Origin: Eledone cirrhosa
Lineage: Eukaryota
Assembly: GCA_964016885.1 (NCBI GenBank)
Contig: OZ024742.1
Location: 223,138,001 to 223,202,000 of the forward strand
Length of the DNA stretch: 64,000 nucleotides
Direction of reading: 5' to 3'
Part shown: positions 14,182 through 27,675 of the stretch, one piece after another
Numbering within the stretch: position 1 is the stretch's first letter
How the letters are laid out: each line of letters begins with the position of its first letter
The notes under the pieces: generated by a model
Seen by the model: only the letters and a program-made list of their open reading frames with translations
What the model was told of the DNA's origin: nothing
The model's database searches: none
Position numbers and translations under genes: made by a program

Positions 14182-14897
14182 TGTAAAGGACAGTTATAAA
14201 TAAATAAAGACGAAGAAAAACGAAGAGAAAAAAAAGGAAAGTGTATAGTGCTAAGGACGAAGAGAAGAAGAAAGAGAGTGTATAGTGCTAAGGACAGTTA
14301 GAGAAGAAGATGAAGAGATGTATGTAAAAAGAAAAACAACAGAGCGAGATAGAGAGAGAAGGAGATATGGGAGAGAGAAATATATTGAGGAAGTGAAAAA
14401 TGGTAGGCAGCTTGGGGACAGATGATCAGCGTACAAGTGAGAGGTTAAGGAGGGAAGGGATACAGCTAAAACAGCCGACACATAAATCCCGTCAAGTGTA
14501 GAGGAGAAAAAGAAAGAAAAATGATATATTTAAAATATTGTCTCATCCATTTGAATCATCAATTTTTATGAATTAGGTATTTTCTTCGTCTTTATTTATT
14601 TATAACTGTCCTTTACAGTTTCACTACCAAATCAACTTTTTAAATGGAAGTTGCATTATTTTAAGGTATGTCAAATTTATTTATAAAACGGCTTATATAT
14701 TGTATTTTGTCTGAAGAAGGCATACCATATTTTTAATATGATATCCCAGAAATATATATAATGAAATAAATATGGTTTTATAAATATAGTTTCCATTTGT
14801 TTAATACCGTAAACCTACTCCAAAACTTGTTGAGTGCTTTTATATCAGTTATAAAATATTTACTCGTAACCCAACAATTTTAAATAAAACTTTTGCA
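14182..14897 (+). mobile_element. Putative Penelope-like (PLE) non-coding element: 38-bp inverted repeat plus hammerhead
   Basis: IR arms 14182-14219 and 14580-14617; hammerhead motif at 14703-14768; (TA)n on both flanks. Confidence 0.6.
14703..14768 (+). ncRNA. Type I hammerhead ribozyme motif (somewhat degenerate)
   Basis: tattttgt-CTGAAGA-[aggcataccatatt ttt aatatgatatccca]-GAAA-t-atat-a-TA-atgaaata. Stem I is 8 bp with 2 GU pairs, stem II 11/14 paired, stem III palindromic, AUA triplet. Confidence 0.65.
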
Positions 14898-14961
14898 TAT
14901 ATGTATGTATATATATATGTATGTATAAATATATGTATCTATATATATATATGTATGTATC

Positions 14962-14996
<35 letters not shown>

Positions 14997-15045
14997 ATAT
15001 ATATATATATATGTATGTGTAGATATATATGTATGTATATATATG

Positions 15046-15090
<45 letters not shown>

Positions 15091-15099
15091 GTATGTATC

Positions 15100-15134
<35 letters not shown>

Positions 15135-15334
15135 CTATATATATATATATGTATGTATATATATATATGTATGTATCTATATATATGTATGTATCTATAT
15201 ATATATATGTATGTATATATATATATGTATGTATCTATATATATATATGTATGTATATATATATATGTATGTATCTATATATATATATGTATGTATATAT
15301 ATATATGTATGTATATATATATATATATATATAT
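14898..15334. repeat. (TA)n/(TATG)n microsatellite
   Basis: Direct reading. Confidence 0.95.
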
Positions 15335-15942
15335 GTCAGGTCACCAGTTGGTGCTACTGGTAACATGTATCCCAGTACAACCTGTCTCATGGTCGGGTCG
15401 TTGGCGACTAAACTGGCAACCCCACCAAGGTTTCTTGGTGAGGAGGGTGACTTTGGACATCCTGCAGGACTAAAAACAAAACCTGTCAAAGGGCAAGGGA
15501 GCTCTTAAGACTCAATAGCCATCCAAAATCACCGGGAGAGATGACCCCTTAGCCTTTGTCAAGGCAGAATTCTAGGAGAAGGAAAACTCTGATATAACAC
15601 CTGCAACCCTGATGGTATCCAATGATGTTGAATTGTTCTTCTTTTTGGTAAATATCATCTTGGTTAAGAGTGTGGGACTGGCTTTGTGCAGTGCCTTTGC
15701 TCACTATAAAAGCTTCACAGCACAGGCATTGCTTTATATCTGGAGATCTCTCTGCACTTGTCATCACATGGTACCATGGGCCCTGCACTATGTGTCAATA
15801 ATGGTCACAAGTGTAGTCTTTGTACCAGAGTTTTCAAGTCGCTGGCTGGACTAAAAAGTCACATTCGTTCAGCGCATCGGTAGGGGTTCTCCTACATGGA
15901 TATAAAGTAGTGGCCGTACTCGAAAACGAGTTGGCAGCCACC
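15335..15942. mobile_element. ~600-bp dispersed non-coding repeat in (TA)n, copy 1 (unclassified)
   Basis: Highly similar over its length to 35047-35639; both flanked by (TA)n. Confidence 0.85.
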
Positions 15943-16589
15943 ATGTATATATATATGTATGTATATATGTATGTATATATATATGTATGTATGTATGTAT
16001 ATATATATGTATGTATGTATGTTTATATATATATGTATGTATGTATGTATATATATATGTATGTATGTATGTATGTATATATATATGTATGTATGTATGT
16101 ATATATATATGTATGTATATATATATGTATGTATGTATGTATATATATATGTATATATATATGTATGTATGTATGTATATATATATGTATATATATATAT
16201 GTATGTATATATGTATGTATATATGTATGTATGTATGTATGTATATATATATATGTATGTATATATGTATGTATATATATATGTATGTATATATGTATGT
16301 ATATATATATGTATGTATGTATATATGTATGTATGTATATATATATGTATGTATATATATATGTATGTATATATGTATGTATGTATATATGTATGTATGT
16401 ATATATATATGTATGTATATATATATGTATGTATATATATATGTATGTATATATATATGTATATATGTATGTATGTATATATATATATGTATATATATAT
16501 ATGTGTATGTATGTATATATATATGTATGTATGTATATATATATGTATATGTATGTATATATATATATATATGTATATATATATGTATG

Positions 16590-16642
<53 letters not shown>

Positions 16643-17150
16643 GTATATATGTATATCTGTGTGTATATATATATATGTATGTGTATATATATGTATATGT
16701 ATGTATATGTATATGTATGTATATGTATATATGTATATGTATATATATATGTATATATATATGTATGTATATATATGTATATGTATGTATATGTATGTAT
16801 ATGTGTGTATATGTATGTATATGTAGTATATGTATATGTGTGTATATGTATGTGTATGTATATGTGTATATATATGTATGTATATATATATGTATGTGTA
16901 TATATATATATATGTATGTATATGTATGTATATATATGTATGTGTATATATATGTATGTGTATATATATGTATGTGTATATATATATATGTATGTATATA
17001 TATATGTATGTATATATATATGTATGTGTATATATATATGTAAGTGTATATATATGTATGTATATATATGTATGTGTATATATATGTATGTGTATATATA
17101 TATATATGTATGTTTATATATATGTATGTGTATATATGTATGTGTATATG

Positions 17151-17183
<33 letters not shown>

Positions 17184-17463
17184 GTACGTATATATATGTA
17201 TGTGTATATGTATTTATTTATATATATATGTATGTGTATATATATATGTATGTGTATATATATATGTATGTGTATATATATGTATGTGAATATATATGTA
17301 TATGCATGTGTATATATATATGTATGTGTATATGTATGTGTATATATATATGTATGTATATGTGTATATATATGTGTATGTATATGTATGTGTATATGTA
17401 TGTGTATATATATGTGTATATATATATATATGTATGTGTATGTATATATGTGTGTATGTATGA

Positions 17464-17500
<37 letters not shown>
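15943..17500. repeat. 1.5-kb (TA)/(TATG)/(TG) microsatellite
   Basis: Direct reading; the long YIYM ORFs are artefacts. Confidence 0.97.
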
Positions 17501-17504
<4 letters not shown>

Positions 17505-17621
17505 TGAGAAATTGACAGAGACAGGGGGGAAAATGGTGTTATCTTGTAATAAGGTTGATTATTTTTTTGTCTGTTTTCTTAACACAGTAAATAGTTTGCA
17601 CGTCCCTTCATCTGTTCCAAT

Positions 17622-20600
17622 CTCCATACAAAGTGTATCAGAATAGAATATGTTATTGTGCCATGCTATGTTTATCTTGGTCTATAAAGGGTTTATGTCT
17701 CACCTCTCCCTGCTCTAATATCCATACAAAGTGTATCAGAATAGAATATGTTATTGTGCCATGCTATGTTTATCTTGGTCTATAAAGGGTTTATGTCTCA
17801 CCTCTCCCTGCTCTAATATCCATACAAAGTGTATCAGAATAGAATATGTTATTGTGCCATGCTATGTTTATCTTGGTCTTTAAAGGGTTTATGTCTCACC
17901 CCTCCCTGCTCTAATATCCATACAAAGTGTATCAGAATAGAATATGTTATTGTGCCATGCTATGTTTATCTTGGTCTATAAAGGGTTTATGTCTCACCTC
18001 TCCCTGCTATAATATCCATACAAAGTGTATCAGAATAGAATATGTTATTGTGCCATGCTATGTTTATCTTGGTCTATAAAGGGTTTATGTCTCACCTCTC
18101 CCTGCTCTAATATCCATACAAAGTGTATCAGAATAGAATATGTTATTGTGCCATGCTATGTTTATCTTGGTCTTTAAAGGGTTTATGTCTCACCCCTCCC
18201 TGCTCTAATATCCATACAAAGTGTATCAGAATAGAATATGTTATTGTGCCATGCTATGTTTATCTTGGTCTATAAAGGGTTTATGTCTCACCTCTCCCTG
18301 CTATAATATCCATACAAAGTGTATCAGAATAGAATATGTTATTGTGCCATGCTATGTTTATCTTGGTCTATAAAGGGTTTATGTCTCACCTCTCCCTGCT
18401 CTAATATCCATACAAAGTGTATGAGAATAGAATATGTTATTGTGCCATGCTATGTTTATCTTGGTCTATAAAGGGTTTATGTCTCACCTCTCCCTGCTCT
18501 AATATCCATACATAGTGTATGAGAATAGAATATGTTATTGTGCCATGCTATGTTTATCTTGGTCTATAAAGGGTTTATGTCTCACCTCTCCCTGCTCTAA
18601 TATCCATACAAAGTGTATCAGAATAGAATATGTTATTGTGCCATGCTATGTTTATCTTGGTCTATAAAGGGTTTATGTCTCACCTCTCCCTGCTATAATA
18701 TCCATACAAAGTGTATCAGAATAGAATATGTTATTGTGCCATGCTATGTTTATCTTGGTCTATAAAGGGTTTATGTCTCACCTCTCCCTGCTCTAATATC
18801 CATACAAAGTGTATCAGAATAGAATATATTATTGTGCCATGCTATGTTTATCTTGGTCTATAAAGGGTTTATGTCTCACCCCTCCCTGCTCTAATATCCA
18901 TACATAGTGTATGAGAATAGAATATGTTATTGTGCCATGCTATGTTTATCTTGGTCTTTAAAGGGTTTATGTCTCACCTCTCCCTCCTCCAATATCCATA
19001 CATAGTGTATGAGAATAGAATATATTATTGTGCCATGCTATGTTTATCTTGGTCTATAAAGGGTTTATGTCTCACCTCTCCCTGCTCTAATATCCATACA
19101 TAGTGTATGAGAATAGAATATGTTATTGTGCCATGCTATGTTTATCTTGGTCTATAAAGGGTTTATGTCTCACCCCTGCCTGCTACAATATCCATACAAA
19201 GTGTTTCAGAATAGAATATGTTATTGTGCCATGCTATGTTTATCTTGGTCTATAAAGGGTTTATGTCTCACCTCTCCCTGCTCTAATATCCATACATAGT
19301 GTATGAGAATAGAATATATTATTGTGCCATGCTATGTTTATCTTGGTCTATAAAGGGTTTATGTCTCACCTCTCCCTGCTCTAATATCCATACATAGTGT
19401 ATGAGAATAGAATATGTTATTGTGCCATGCTATGTTTATCTTGGTCTATAAAGGGTTTATGTCTCACCCCTCCCTGCTCTAATATCCATACATAGTGTAT
19501 GAGAATAGAATATGTTATTGTGCCATGCTATGTTTATCTTGGTCTATAAAGGGTTTATGTCTCACCTCTCCCTGCTATAATATCCATACATAGTGTATCA
19601 GAATAGAATATGTTATTGTGCCATGCTATGTTTATCTTGGTCTATAAAGGGTTTATGTCTCACCTCTCCCTGCTATAATATCCATACATAGTGTATCAGA
19701 ATAGAATATGTTATTGTGCCATGCTATGTTTATCTTGGTCTATAAAGGGTTTATGTCTCACCCCTGCCTGCTACAATATCCATACAAAGTGTTTCACAAT
19801 AGAATATGTTATTGTGCCATGCTATGTTTATCTTGGTCTATAAAGGGTTTATGTCTCACCTCTCCCTGCTATAATATCCATACATAGTGTATGAGAATAG
19901 AATATGTTATTGTGCCATGCTATGTTTATCTTGGTCTTTAAAGGGTTTATGTCTCACCCCTCCCTGCTCTAATATCCATACATAGTGTATGAGAATAGAA
20001 TATATTATTGTGCCATGCTATGTTTATCTTGGTCTATAAAGGGTTTATGTCTCACCCCTCCCTGCTCTAATATCCATACAAAGTGTATCAGAATAGAATA
20101 TGTTATTGTGCCATGCTATGTTTATCTTGGTCTATAAAGGGTTTATGTCTCACCTCTCCCTGCTCTAATATCCATACAAAGTGTATCAGAATAGAATATG
20201 TTATTGTGCCATGCTATGTTTATCTTGGTCTATAAAGGGTTTATGTCTCACCTCTCCCTGCTCTAATATCCATACAAAGTGTATCAGAATAGAATATGTT
20301 ATTGTGCCATGCTATGTTTATCTTGGTCTATAAAGGTTTTATGTCTCACCTCTCCCTGCTCTAATATCCATACATAGTGTATGAGAATAGAATATGTTAT
20401 TGTGCCATGCTATGTTTATCTTGGTCTTTAAAGGGTTTATGTCTCACCCCTCCCTGCTCTAATATCCATACAAAGTGTATGAGAATAGAATATGTTATTG
20501 TGCCATGCTATGTTTATCTTGGTCTATAAAGGGTTTATGTCTCACCTCTCCCTGCTCTAATATCCATACATAGTGTATGAGAATAGAATATGTTATTGTG

Positions 20601-22162
20601 CCATGCTATGTTTATCTTGGTCTATAAAGGGTTTATGTCTCACCTCTCCCTGCTCTAATATCCATACATAGTGTATGAGAATAGAATATGTTATTGTGCC
20701 ATGCTATGTTTATCTTGGTCTATAAAGGGTTTATGTCTCACCTCTCCCTGCTCTAATATCCATACATAGTGTATGAGAATAGAATATGTTATTGTGCCAT
20801 GCTATGTTTATCTTGGTCTATAAAGGGTTTATGTCTCACCTCTCCCTGCTCTAATATCCATACATAGTGTATGAGAATAGAATGTTATTGTGCCATGCTA
20901 TGTTTATCTTGGTCTATAAAGGGTTTATGTCTCACCCCTCCCTGCTCTAATATCCATACATAGTGTATGAGAATAGAATATGTTATTGTGCCATGCTATG
21001 TTTATCTTGGTCTATAAAGGGTTTATGTCTCACCTCTCCCTGCTCTAATATCCATACATAGTGTATGAGAATAGAATATGTTATTGTGCCATGCTATGTT
21101 TATCTTGGTCTATAAAGGGTTTATGTCTCACCCCTGCCTGCTCTAATATCCATACATAGTGTATGAGAATAGAATGTTATTGTGCCATGCTATGTTTATC
21201 TTGGTCTATAAAGGGTTTATGTCTCACCCCTCCCTGCTCTAATATCCATACATAGTGTATGAGAATAGAATATGTTATTGTGCCATGCTATGTTTATCTT
21301 GGTCTATAAAGGGTTTATGTCTCACCTCTCCCTGCTCTAATATCCATACATAGTGTATGAGAATAGAATATGTTATTGTGCCATGCTATGTTTATCTTGG
21401 TCTATAAAGGGTTTATGTCTCACCTCTCCCTGCTCTAATATCCATACATAGTGTATGAGAATAGAATGTTATTGTGCCATGCTATGTTTATCTTGGTCTA
21501 TAAAGGGTTTATGTCTCACCCCTCCCTGCTCTAATATCCATACATAGTGTATGAGAATAGAATATGTTATTGTGCCATGCTATGTTTATCTTGGTCTATA
21601 AAGGGTTTATGTCTCACCTCTCCCTGCTCTAATATCCATACATAGTGTATGAGAATAGAATATATTATTGTGCCATGCTATGTTTATCTTGGTCTATAAA
21701 GGGTTTATGTCTCACCCCTCCCTGCTCTAATATCCATACATAGTGTATGAGAATAGAATATATTATTGTGCCATGCTATGTTTATCTTGGTCTATAAAGG
21801 GTTTATGTCTCACCCCTCCCTGCTCTAATATCCATACATAGTGTATGAGAATAGAATATATTATTGTGCCATGCTATGTTTATCTTGGTCTATAAAGGTT
21901 TTATGTCTCACCTCTCCCTGCTCTAATATCCATACAAAGTGTATCAGAATAGAATATATTATTGTGCCATGCTATGTTTATCTTGGTCTATAAAGGGTTT
22001 ATGTCTCACCTCTCCCTGCTCTAATATCCATACAAAGTGTTTCAGAATAGAATATATTATTGTGCCATGCTATGTTTATCTTGGTCTATAAAGGGTTTAT
22101 GTCTCACCTCTCCCTGCTCTAATATCCATACATAGTGTATGAGAATAGAATATATGTTATTT
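17622..22162. repeat. 98-bp tandem satellite, ~46 copies
   Basis: Unit ccatacaaagtgtatcagaatagaatatgttattgtgccatgctatgtttatcttggtctataaagggtttatgtctcacctctccctgctctaatat; starts at 17624, 17722, 17820 and so on. Confidence 0.98.
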
Positions 22163-22184
22163 TGTGACACTATTTATCTGTATG

Positions 22185-22373
22185 GAGCGGTGGATTGGCA
22201 GTATCGGTAGAGGGTAGGATGCCATGCCTTGCAGCATAGAGTTAAGGCCCTTTACTGTCTGAGTTCAAATCTCATCGAGGTTAACTTTGCCTTTCATCCT
22301 TATGGGGTCGATAAAATAAAGTACCAGAAACACACTGGGATAATTGCTGGCCTTGTACCAATAGTAGAAACAA
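22185..22373 (+). mobile_element. tRNA-type SINE with ~15-bp TSD, inserted in a diverged terminal satellite unit
   Basis: TSD ctatttatctgtatg (22170-22184) / ctgtctatctgtatg (22374-22388); satellite-like sequence resumes at 22389-22460. Confidence 0.8.
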
Positions 22374-22687
22374 CTGTCTATCTGTATGTAAAGGGTTTGT
22401 TTCTTCCCCCTCTTTCTACTCCATACAAAGTGTATCAGAATAGAATATATGTTATTCTGCTACATTATATTTATTTTAATCTATCTCTTCTCCAACTTTA
22501 ACTCCAGTCTAACCGAAATATGAGCTCAGTGATTCCTCCTTCATACTGTTACAACCTTCTCCTTATTTACTTCAAATATTTTGCTGATGGTAGTGAAAGT
22601 TTTTTTTCCCTTAACTCTTTTTGTTACCTTTACTGGCTCAGGCAAGAAGTGAGTTCTTTTTCTGTAATTATTCAAGTATGTGTGTAA

Positions 22688-22754
<67 letters not shown>

Positions 22755-23352
22755 TGTGTGTGTGTGTGTTTCTTTCAATTTCAAGTATATTTTTGACTGA
22801 CCATCTCCTCCAGTGGTAAGGTTTTAAAGAAAAGCAAATTTCCATCGTCTCTTGTGCAATTGTTCTTTTGAATCTTAGAAATGAGTTATAAATGTTGAAG
22901 GTTCCAGATATTGTGGCCAATTTTAGCTGTGTTCTTTCTCCAAGAATCCAAGTTCAGTCATACTTTGATCAAGGTGGTTTGGTATATATCTTGTACTAAC
23001 TATAATAGATATGAATCTGAACATCTATTTAGGGTACTGGATCTGCAAATTCCTCATAAATGATCTGTAGATATCCTCCTCTTGTATCTTTTTTACTACA
23101 TTGATATTAAGTGGGCAGCTGACTTCTACAACAGGGCATGTATGTATCTGTCTATGTTCTGGTTTTATTATTTTAAAAATATTTCTCACCAATAGAGAGA
23201 GAGGGAGAGAGCTGTTTTTTTTTCATTTAATTTAGGTATCAACTAGGTAGTTATGTCTGTCTGCATGTGTAAATGCAGGTATGAATATCATTGCATGTAT
23301 AGATCTGTGTTTTGAATTATATGTACGCATATACATATTTCTATATCTATAT

Positions 23353-23388
<36 letters not shown>

Positions 23389-24575
23389 CATGGTAACAAT
23401 ACAAATCAACCAATAAAAGACTGACATGTTCTTTTGTTTGCTCTTTATCTCTCTAGAGTGTAACACCATAGGTGGATGTTGTCTCATGGTCCTAGCTAAC
23501 AGAATGTCAAATACATTATCACAGAGAATAGTGGCCAGTCCAACTCATAGAGGTTGTTTCTGTAGTGATGGTGGTGGTTGGGGGCTAAGGAACATTTAAC
23601 AGATTTATGTGTTGTCCTTGTGCAGGGGTTATACTAATGAAATTGTGTAGACAGAATTCGTGGAAGTCCATCAGATAGATTGTACCTGTAATTCAAAGGA
23701 TCAGCTTTTACACTTACACTATCATGTTTTGACTGAGAATTATATTAAGTGTGCACCAGCTTGTGGAATAAAATGAAATTTACAGCTAACAACTATGTCG
23801 GTTTAGCTGGCCTTCTATGAGGTTGTATCTCATGAGAGGTTTTAATAATAGGAGCCCCAGTCCTATCATGTTGTTGTTGCTATCATTTTTGAAGGTGCAA
23901 ACATAATTTTCCAACAAAATTGACTAAATTTTCTGACAAGTGTTTTGGGTGCAGCTGCACCTCCATGCACCCCTAGCAATACATCACTGCACCTATGCAA
24001 GTTAAGCTGACCTCTTATGAGGTTGTATCTCATAGGAGGTTTCTTGGGTGTTTTAATGGTAGGGGAATTGAACACACTATCTTATCATCATTAGTCTAAC
24101 ACTCTAACCACTAGGCCATGCATGTATTGTGGCATTGTGTATTGATTATGGACAGCTGCCAGTATTTCTGGTCAATGATAAAGGGGTGATGACATTCCAT
24201 CAATATCATCGTTACTGATTTCATTGATTTAACATTGATTTTTATTTTCCTTCTTGGTTCAGGTTGCTGTTAATTGAATTGGTTACTATAGTTGTCTTTA
24301 TCCATTCTGTCTTCCACTCTTCCAACCACCCACACCTGTCATATACCCTTCCAGCTGTCTCCTCAAACTCCTCACGTGAAGACATTTAGCCTAGTGGTTA
24401 GGGTGTTAGACTGACAACCATAAGATTGTAGGTTCAATTACTGGACGGAGCAGTTCATTATATTCTTGAGCAAGACACTTCATTTCATGTTACTTTTCAT
24501 GGCAGGAGATGCAACCTTGTTGGAGGCCAGCTAAACCTGTATAGGTGTGAGCTGTCACAACAATATATATATATA

Positions 24576-24820
24576 TCATCATCATCATTTTACGTCCACT
24601 TTTCCTTACTTGCAGGGGTGGGACGGGTTCTTTTCTACACAGCATCTCTCCATTTGTCATGGTCCTTCATCATCTCCTCTGTGATTTTCAGCGATCTGAG
24701 GTCAGCTCTCACCACCTCCACCCATGATTTTCATAGTCTTCCTCTGGGATTTCTTGGCACTTCTTTACCCAGTGGTCATCCTCCATGCACATCACATGTC
24801 CAAACCAACGCAGTCTTCTC

Positions 24821-24827
<7 letters not shown>
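24576..24827 (-). mobile_element. RTE LINE 3' fragment
   Basis: Colinear with 10313-10590 and 38495-38770. Confidence 0.75.
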
Positions 24828-24874
<47 letters not shown>

Positions 24875-24987
24875 GTAAAAGGTAAACAGAAATAAACAAC
24901 ACAAACGGTACAGTATATGGAAGGAATATATTAGTTTAACGCTTGAAATAGCAAGATGAGGGTCTTAACGTTTCGGATACTAGTCCG

Positions 24988-25031
<44 letters not shown>

Positions 25032-25369
25032 TAAGACTGGGGCCCCCTACCTTTATTGATCTTGAAAGTTTACCTCGTCAGGATTTGAACTTGGATTGTA
25101 GAAAGCTGAAACAAATGCCACAAAACATTTTTGATGTTCTAATGACTCTGCCAGCTAGTTCACCATGTCTATAAGAAATTTTGATCTGCTGGCAGACCAA
25201 TGGAGGTGAATGTTCTAGAAGGTCTCTAAGCCAGTGGTAACTTGAGCTGTTACAAAATATAACCAGTTTCCGCTAAACTAGTGCCTCTAGCTAATGAGAC
25301 TCAATAGGTTTCATATGTTGATAGTAGTGTCGTTTGTCACTTTACAGTATCTTGTTCTGTGTGTGGAAT

Positions 25370-25645
25370 GCATCACCATCGGTACCACCATCATCATCAC
25401 CATCACCATCGTTACCACCATCATCGTCATCATCATCATTGTTACCCCCACCATCATCATGGCCATCATCGCCACCACCATCATCACTCTCCATCATTGC
25501 CATTGTATCATCATCATCATCATCACAAACCTCATCATTGTCACCCGCCATCATTGCCACCACCACCACCACTTTCATCATCATCATTGTTATCATCAAC
25601 ATCCTCATCATATTCATTACCACCATCATCTTCAACATCATCATT
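25370..25645. repeat. (CAT/CAC)n trinucleotide low-complexity tract
   Basis: Direct reading. Confidence 0.9.
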
Positions 25646-26009
25646 TTATGTTTGCTTTCCATTTTCACATAGTTTGACTGGCCTGTTATGATTTGAGATC
25701 GAACAGGATGGAGATCCCCCATCTTTCTCATGTTTCATTTTTGAAATGGTTTCTACAGTTGGCCTTCCTAACACCAACTATCTTACAGCGTCTACTGGGT
25801 TCAATTTATTATGGCACCAGCATTAACACATTACATATCAACCCCAGTATTTATATGTTTAAAGTCTGGTCCTTATTTTATCACTTTCTATTTATTGAGC
25901 CAATATATGATATAAAAAGGAATTGTGAACAGACACACAACACACAACACACACCACTGAGGTCCACTTTGTCTTTCCATTCAGGGTCGATAATAACACA
26001 CTCTAATAT

Positions 26010-26265
26010 TTTCTTCTTCTTTGCCCACTTATTCCTGAGAGTGTTGTAGGAGAAGAGTCCTCAAACACATCTTTCAACGAGTCCTGTTAGAAGCAACCCC
26101 CTCCAACTGATCTGGCTGGATCCCCAAGCAAGACTAGCCAAGCTCATGGATGTTATCCAGCCAACTTGCTTGGGGTCTACTCTGGGTCTCCTGCTGGTTG
26201 GTTTTACCCTTAAAATCTGTCCAGCAATTCTTTCCTGAGACAGTCTAACCACATGCCCATAGTAT
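26010..26265 (-). mobile_element. RTE-like LINE 3' end, a different subfamily
   Basis: Minus-strand GHVVRLSQERIAGQILRVKPTSRRPR, a typical RTE C-terminus; (GAA)n tail. Confidence 0.6.
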
Positions 26266-26770
26266 CATGTCGTAAGAGTTGGTGCCAGAAGGGCATCTGG
26301 CTGTAAAACATTGCCTCAAAAAGGAATCCACGATAAGTGGGTGTCTGTGTCCCCCCTATATGGTCTTTATCATTAAAACACCCAAGAAACCTCCTATGAG
26401 ATGCAAACTCATAGGAGTTTGACTGAATCTACATAGTGTGAGCTGTAACAACAACAGCAGGATGAATATGGAGTATGTCATGGGACCTCATGCAAGGCTA
26501 ACTCCTGGTTTAGTGAGGGTGTTAGAGGATGGCCTTAAAATGCTTGTTGTTGTCTTGTGTGGGAGAGAATACTAATGTTTTCTAAAATCAATATTACTAC
26601 ACTGATTTTGGCAGTGATTATTGCTTATAAATATTCAACAAATTGTTTTTGTTGTTATTGGTTGTGTTGTTGCTGGTTGTGTTGGTATTGTTGTTGTTGG
26701 ACCTCTGTCAGTTTTGTTGATGAATGCTTCAGTTGATTGAATCAATGGAATAGCGTGCTTGTTTTATTAA

Positions 26771-26842
26771 CTCTTAACGTCCTGTACCGCATGAAACCAC
26801 ATTAACAAGATGTTGTTAAACATCACTACAGGATGTTAAGAG
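26771..26842. mobile_element. MITE family B, miniature copy
   Basis: TIR ctcttaac(a/g)tcctgta ... tacaggatgttaagag with TTAA/TTAC flanks; longer copies at 30145 and 49936. Confidence 0.65.
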
Positions 26843-26993
26843 TTACCGTGCAAATCGTTGAGCCTTCCTCAGATACAAGTAACTATAACATTGCAAAGAG
26901 ATTCAGCATCACACGGTGTGTGGCAAAGCTGGCTCTTTGAATAACAGACACGGTTTATCTTATAGTGTAAGTGACAGATACGTGTACCTTTAA

Positions 26994-27212
26994 CCCTTTA
27001 ACATTTGCATTACTCTATATTTACTACTGTATTTTCATGGTAAACATTTTATTTGACGTAATTATCTCACATAATATTGAAGCTACGAGATTTTGATATT
27101 ATGTATTTTGAGAACAATACCTTAATGTCCAGTATGAGCTGGTTCTGGCCCATTTGATCAGAAGGAGGTGAGAAAATTCTGGCCAGATATGGCCGGTTTA
27201 AATGCTAAAGGG
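26994..27212. mobile_element. piggyBac-type MITE family A, copy 2
   Basis: TTAA TSD and ccctttaacattt/aaatgctaaaggg TIRs. Confidence 0.85.
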
Positions 27213-27468
27213 TTAACATAGTTCTCAGGGAGATTGAGCTGGACACAGGTACAGTCTATCTTGTATCATAGTGAAAGTGGATAAGGATTCCAAAGACAGT
27301 ATGACATGGCCAGCCTTTTGAATTATTTGTACAATTCATTTTTTTCTGCTGAGTGGGGCAATGTAAAATAAAGTATCTTGCTCAAGGATGAAATATCCCA
27401 CTAGGAATCAAACTGATGACCTTACTATTTTGGGCCGAATGCCCTGAGTCATGCATCTTGACATTTAA

Positions 27469-27675
27469 CCCTTTAGCATTTATGTTACTCTACATTTACT
27501 ATTGTATTTTCACAGTAAACACTTTATCTCACATAATATTGAATCTATGAGATTTTGATGTTATTTATTTTGAGAACAATACCTTAACATAAGTATGAGC
27601 TCTGGTTACAGTCAGTTTGAACAGAAAGAAGTGAGAGAATTCTGGCCAGATATGGCCAGTTTAAATGCTAAAGGG
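27469..27675. mobile_element. piggyBac-type MITE family A, copy 3
   Basis: TTAA TSD and TIRs. Confidence 0.85.

Noticed and set aside
13087-17507. Long ORFs of up to 514 aa rich in Y/I/M/C/V
   Set aside because: Translations of (TA)/(TATG) microsatellites, which lack stop codons
17622-22162. CRISPR-like regular array
   Set aside because: Head-to-tail units with no unique spacers, no cas genes and a eukaryotic context; it is a satellite
22185-22280. tRNA gene
   Set aside because: Only B-box-like motifs of SINE heads; no cloverleaf could be built
25294-25731. His-, Ile- or Asp-rich ORFs
   Set aside because: Trinucleotide low-complexity DNA; the same applies to 8814-9084
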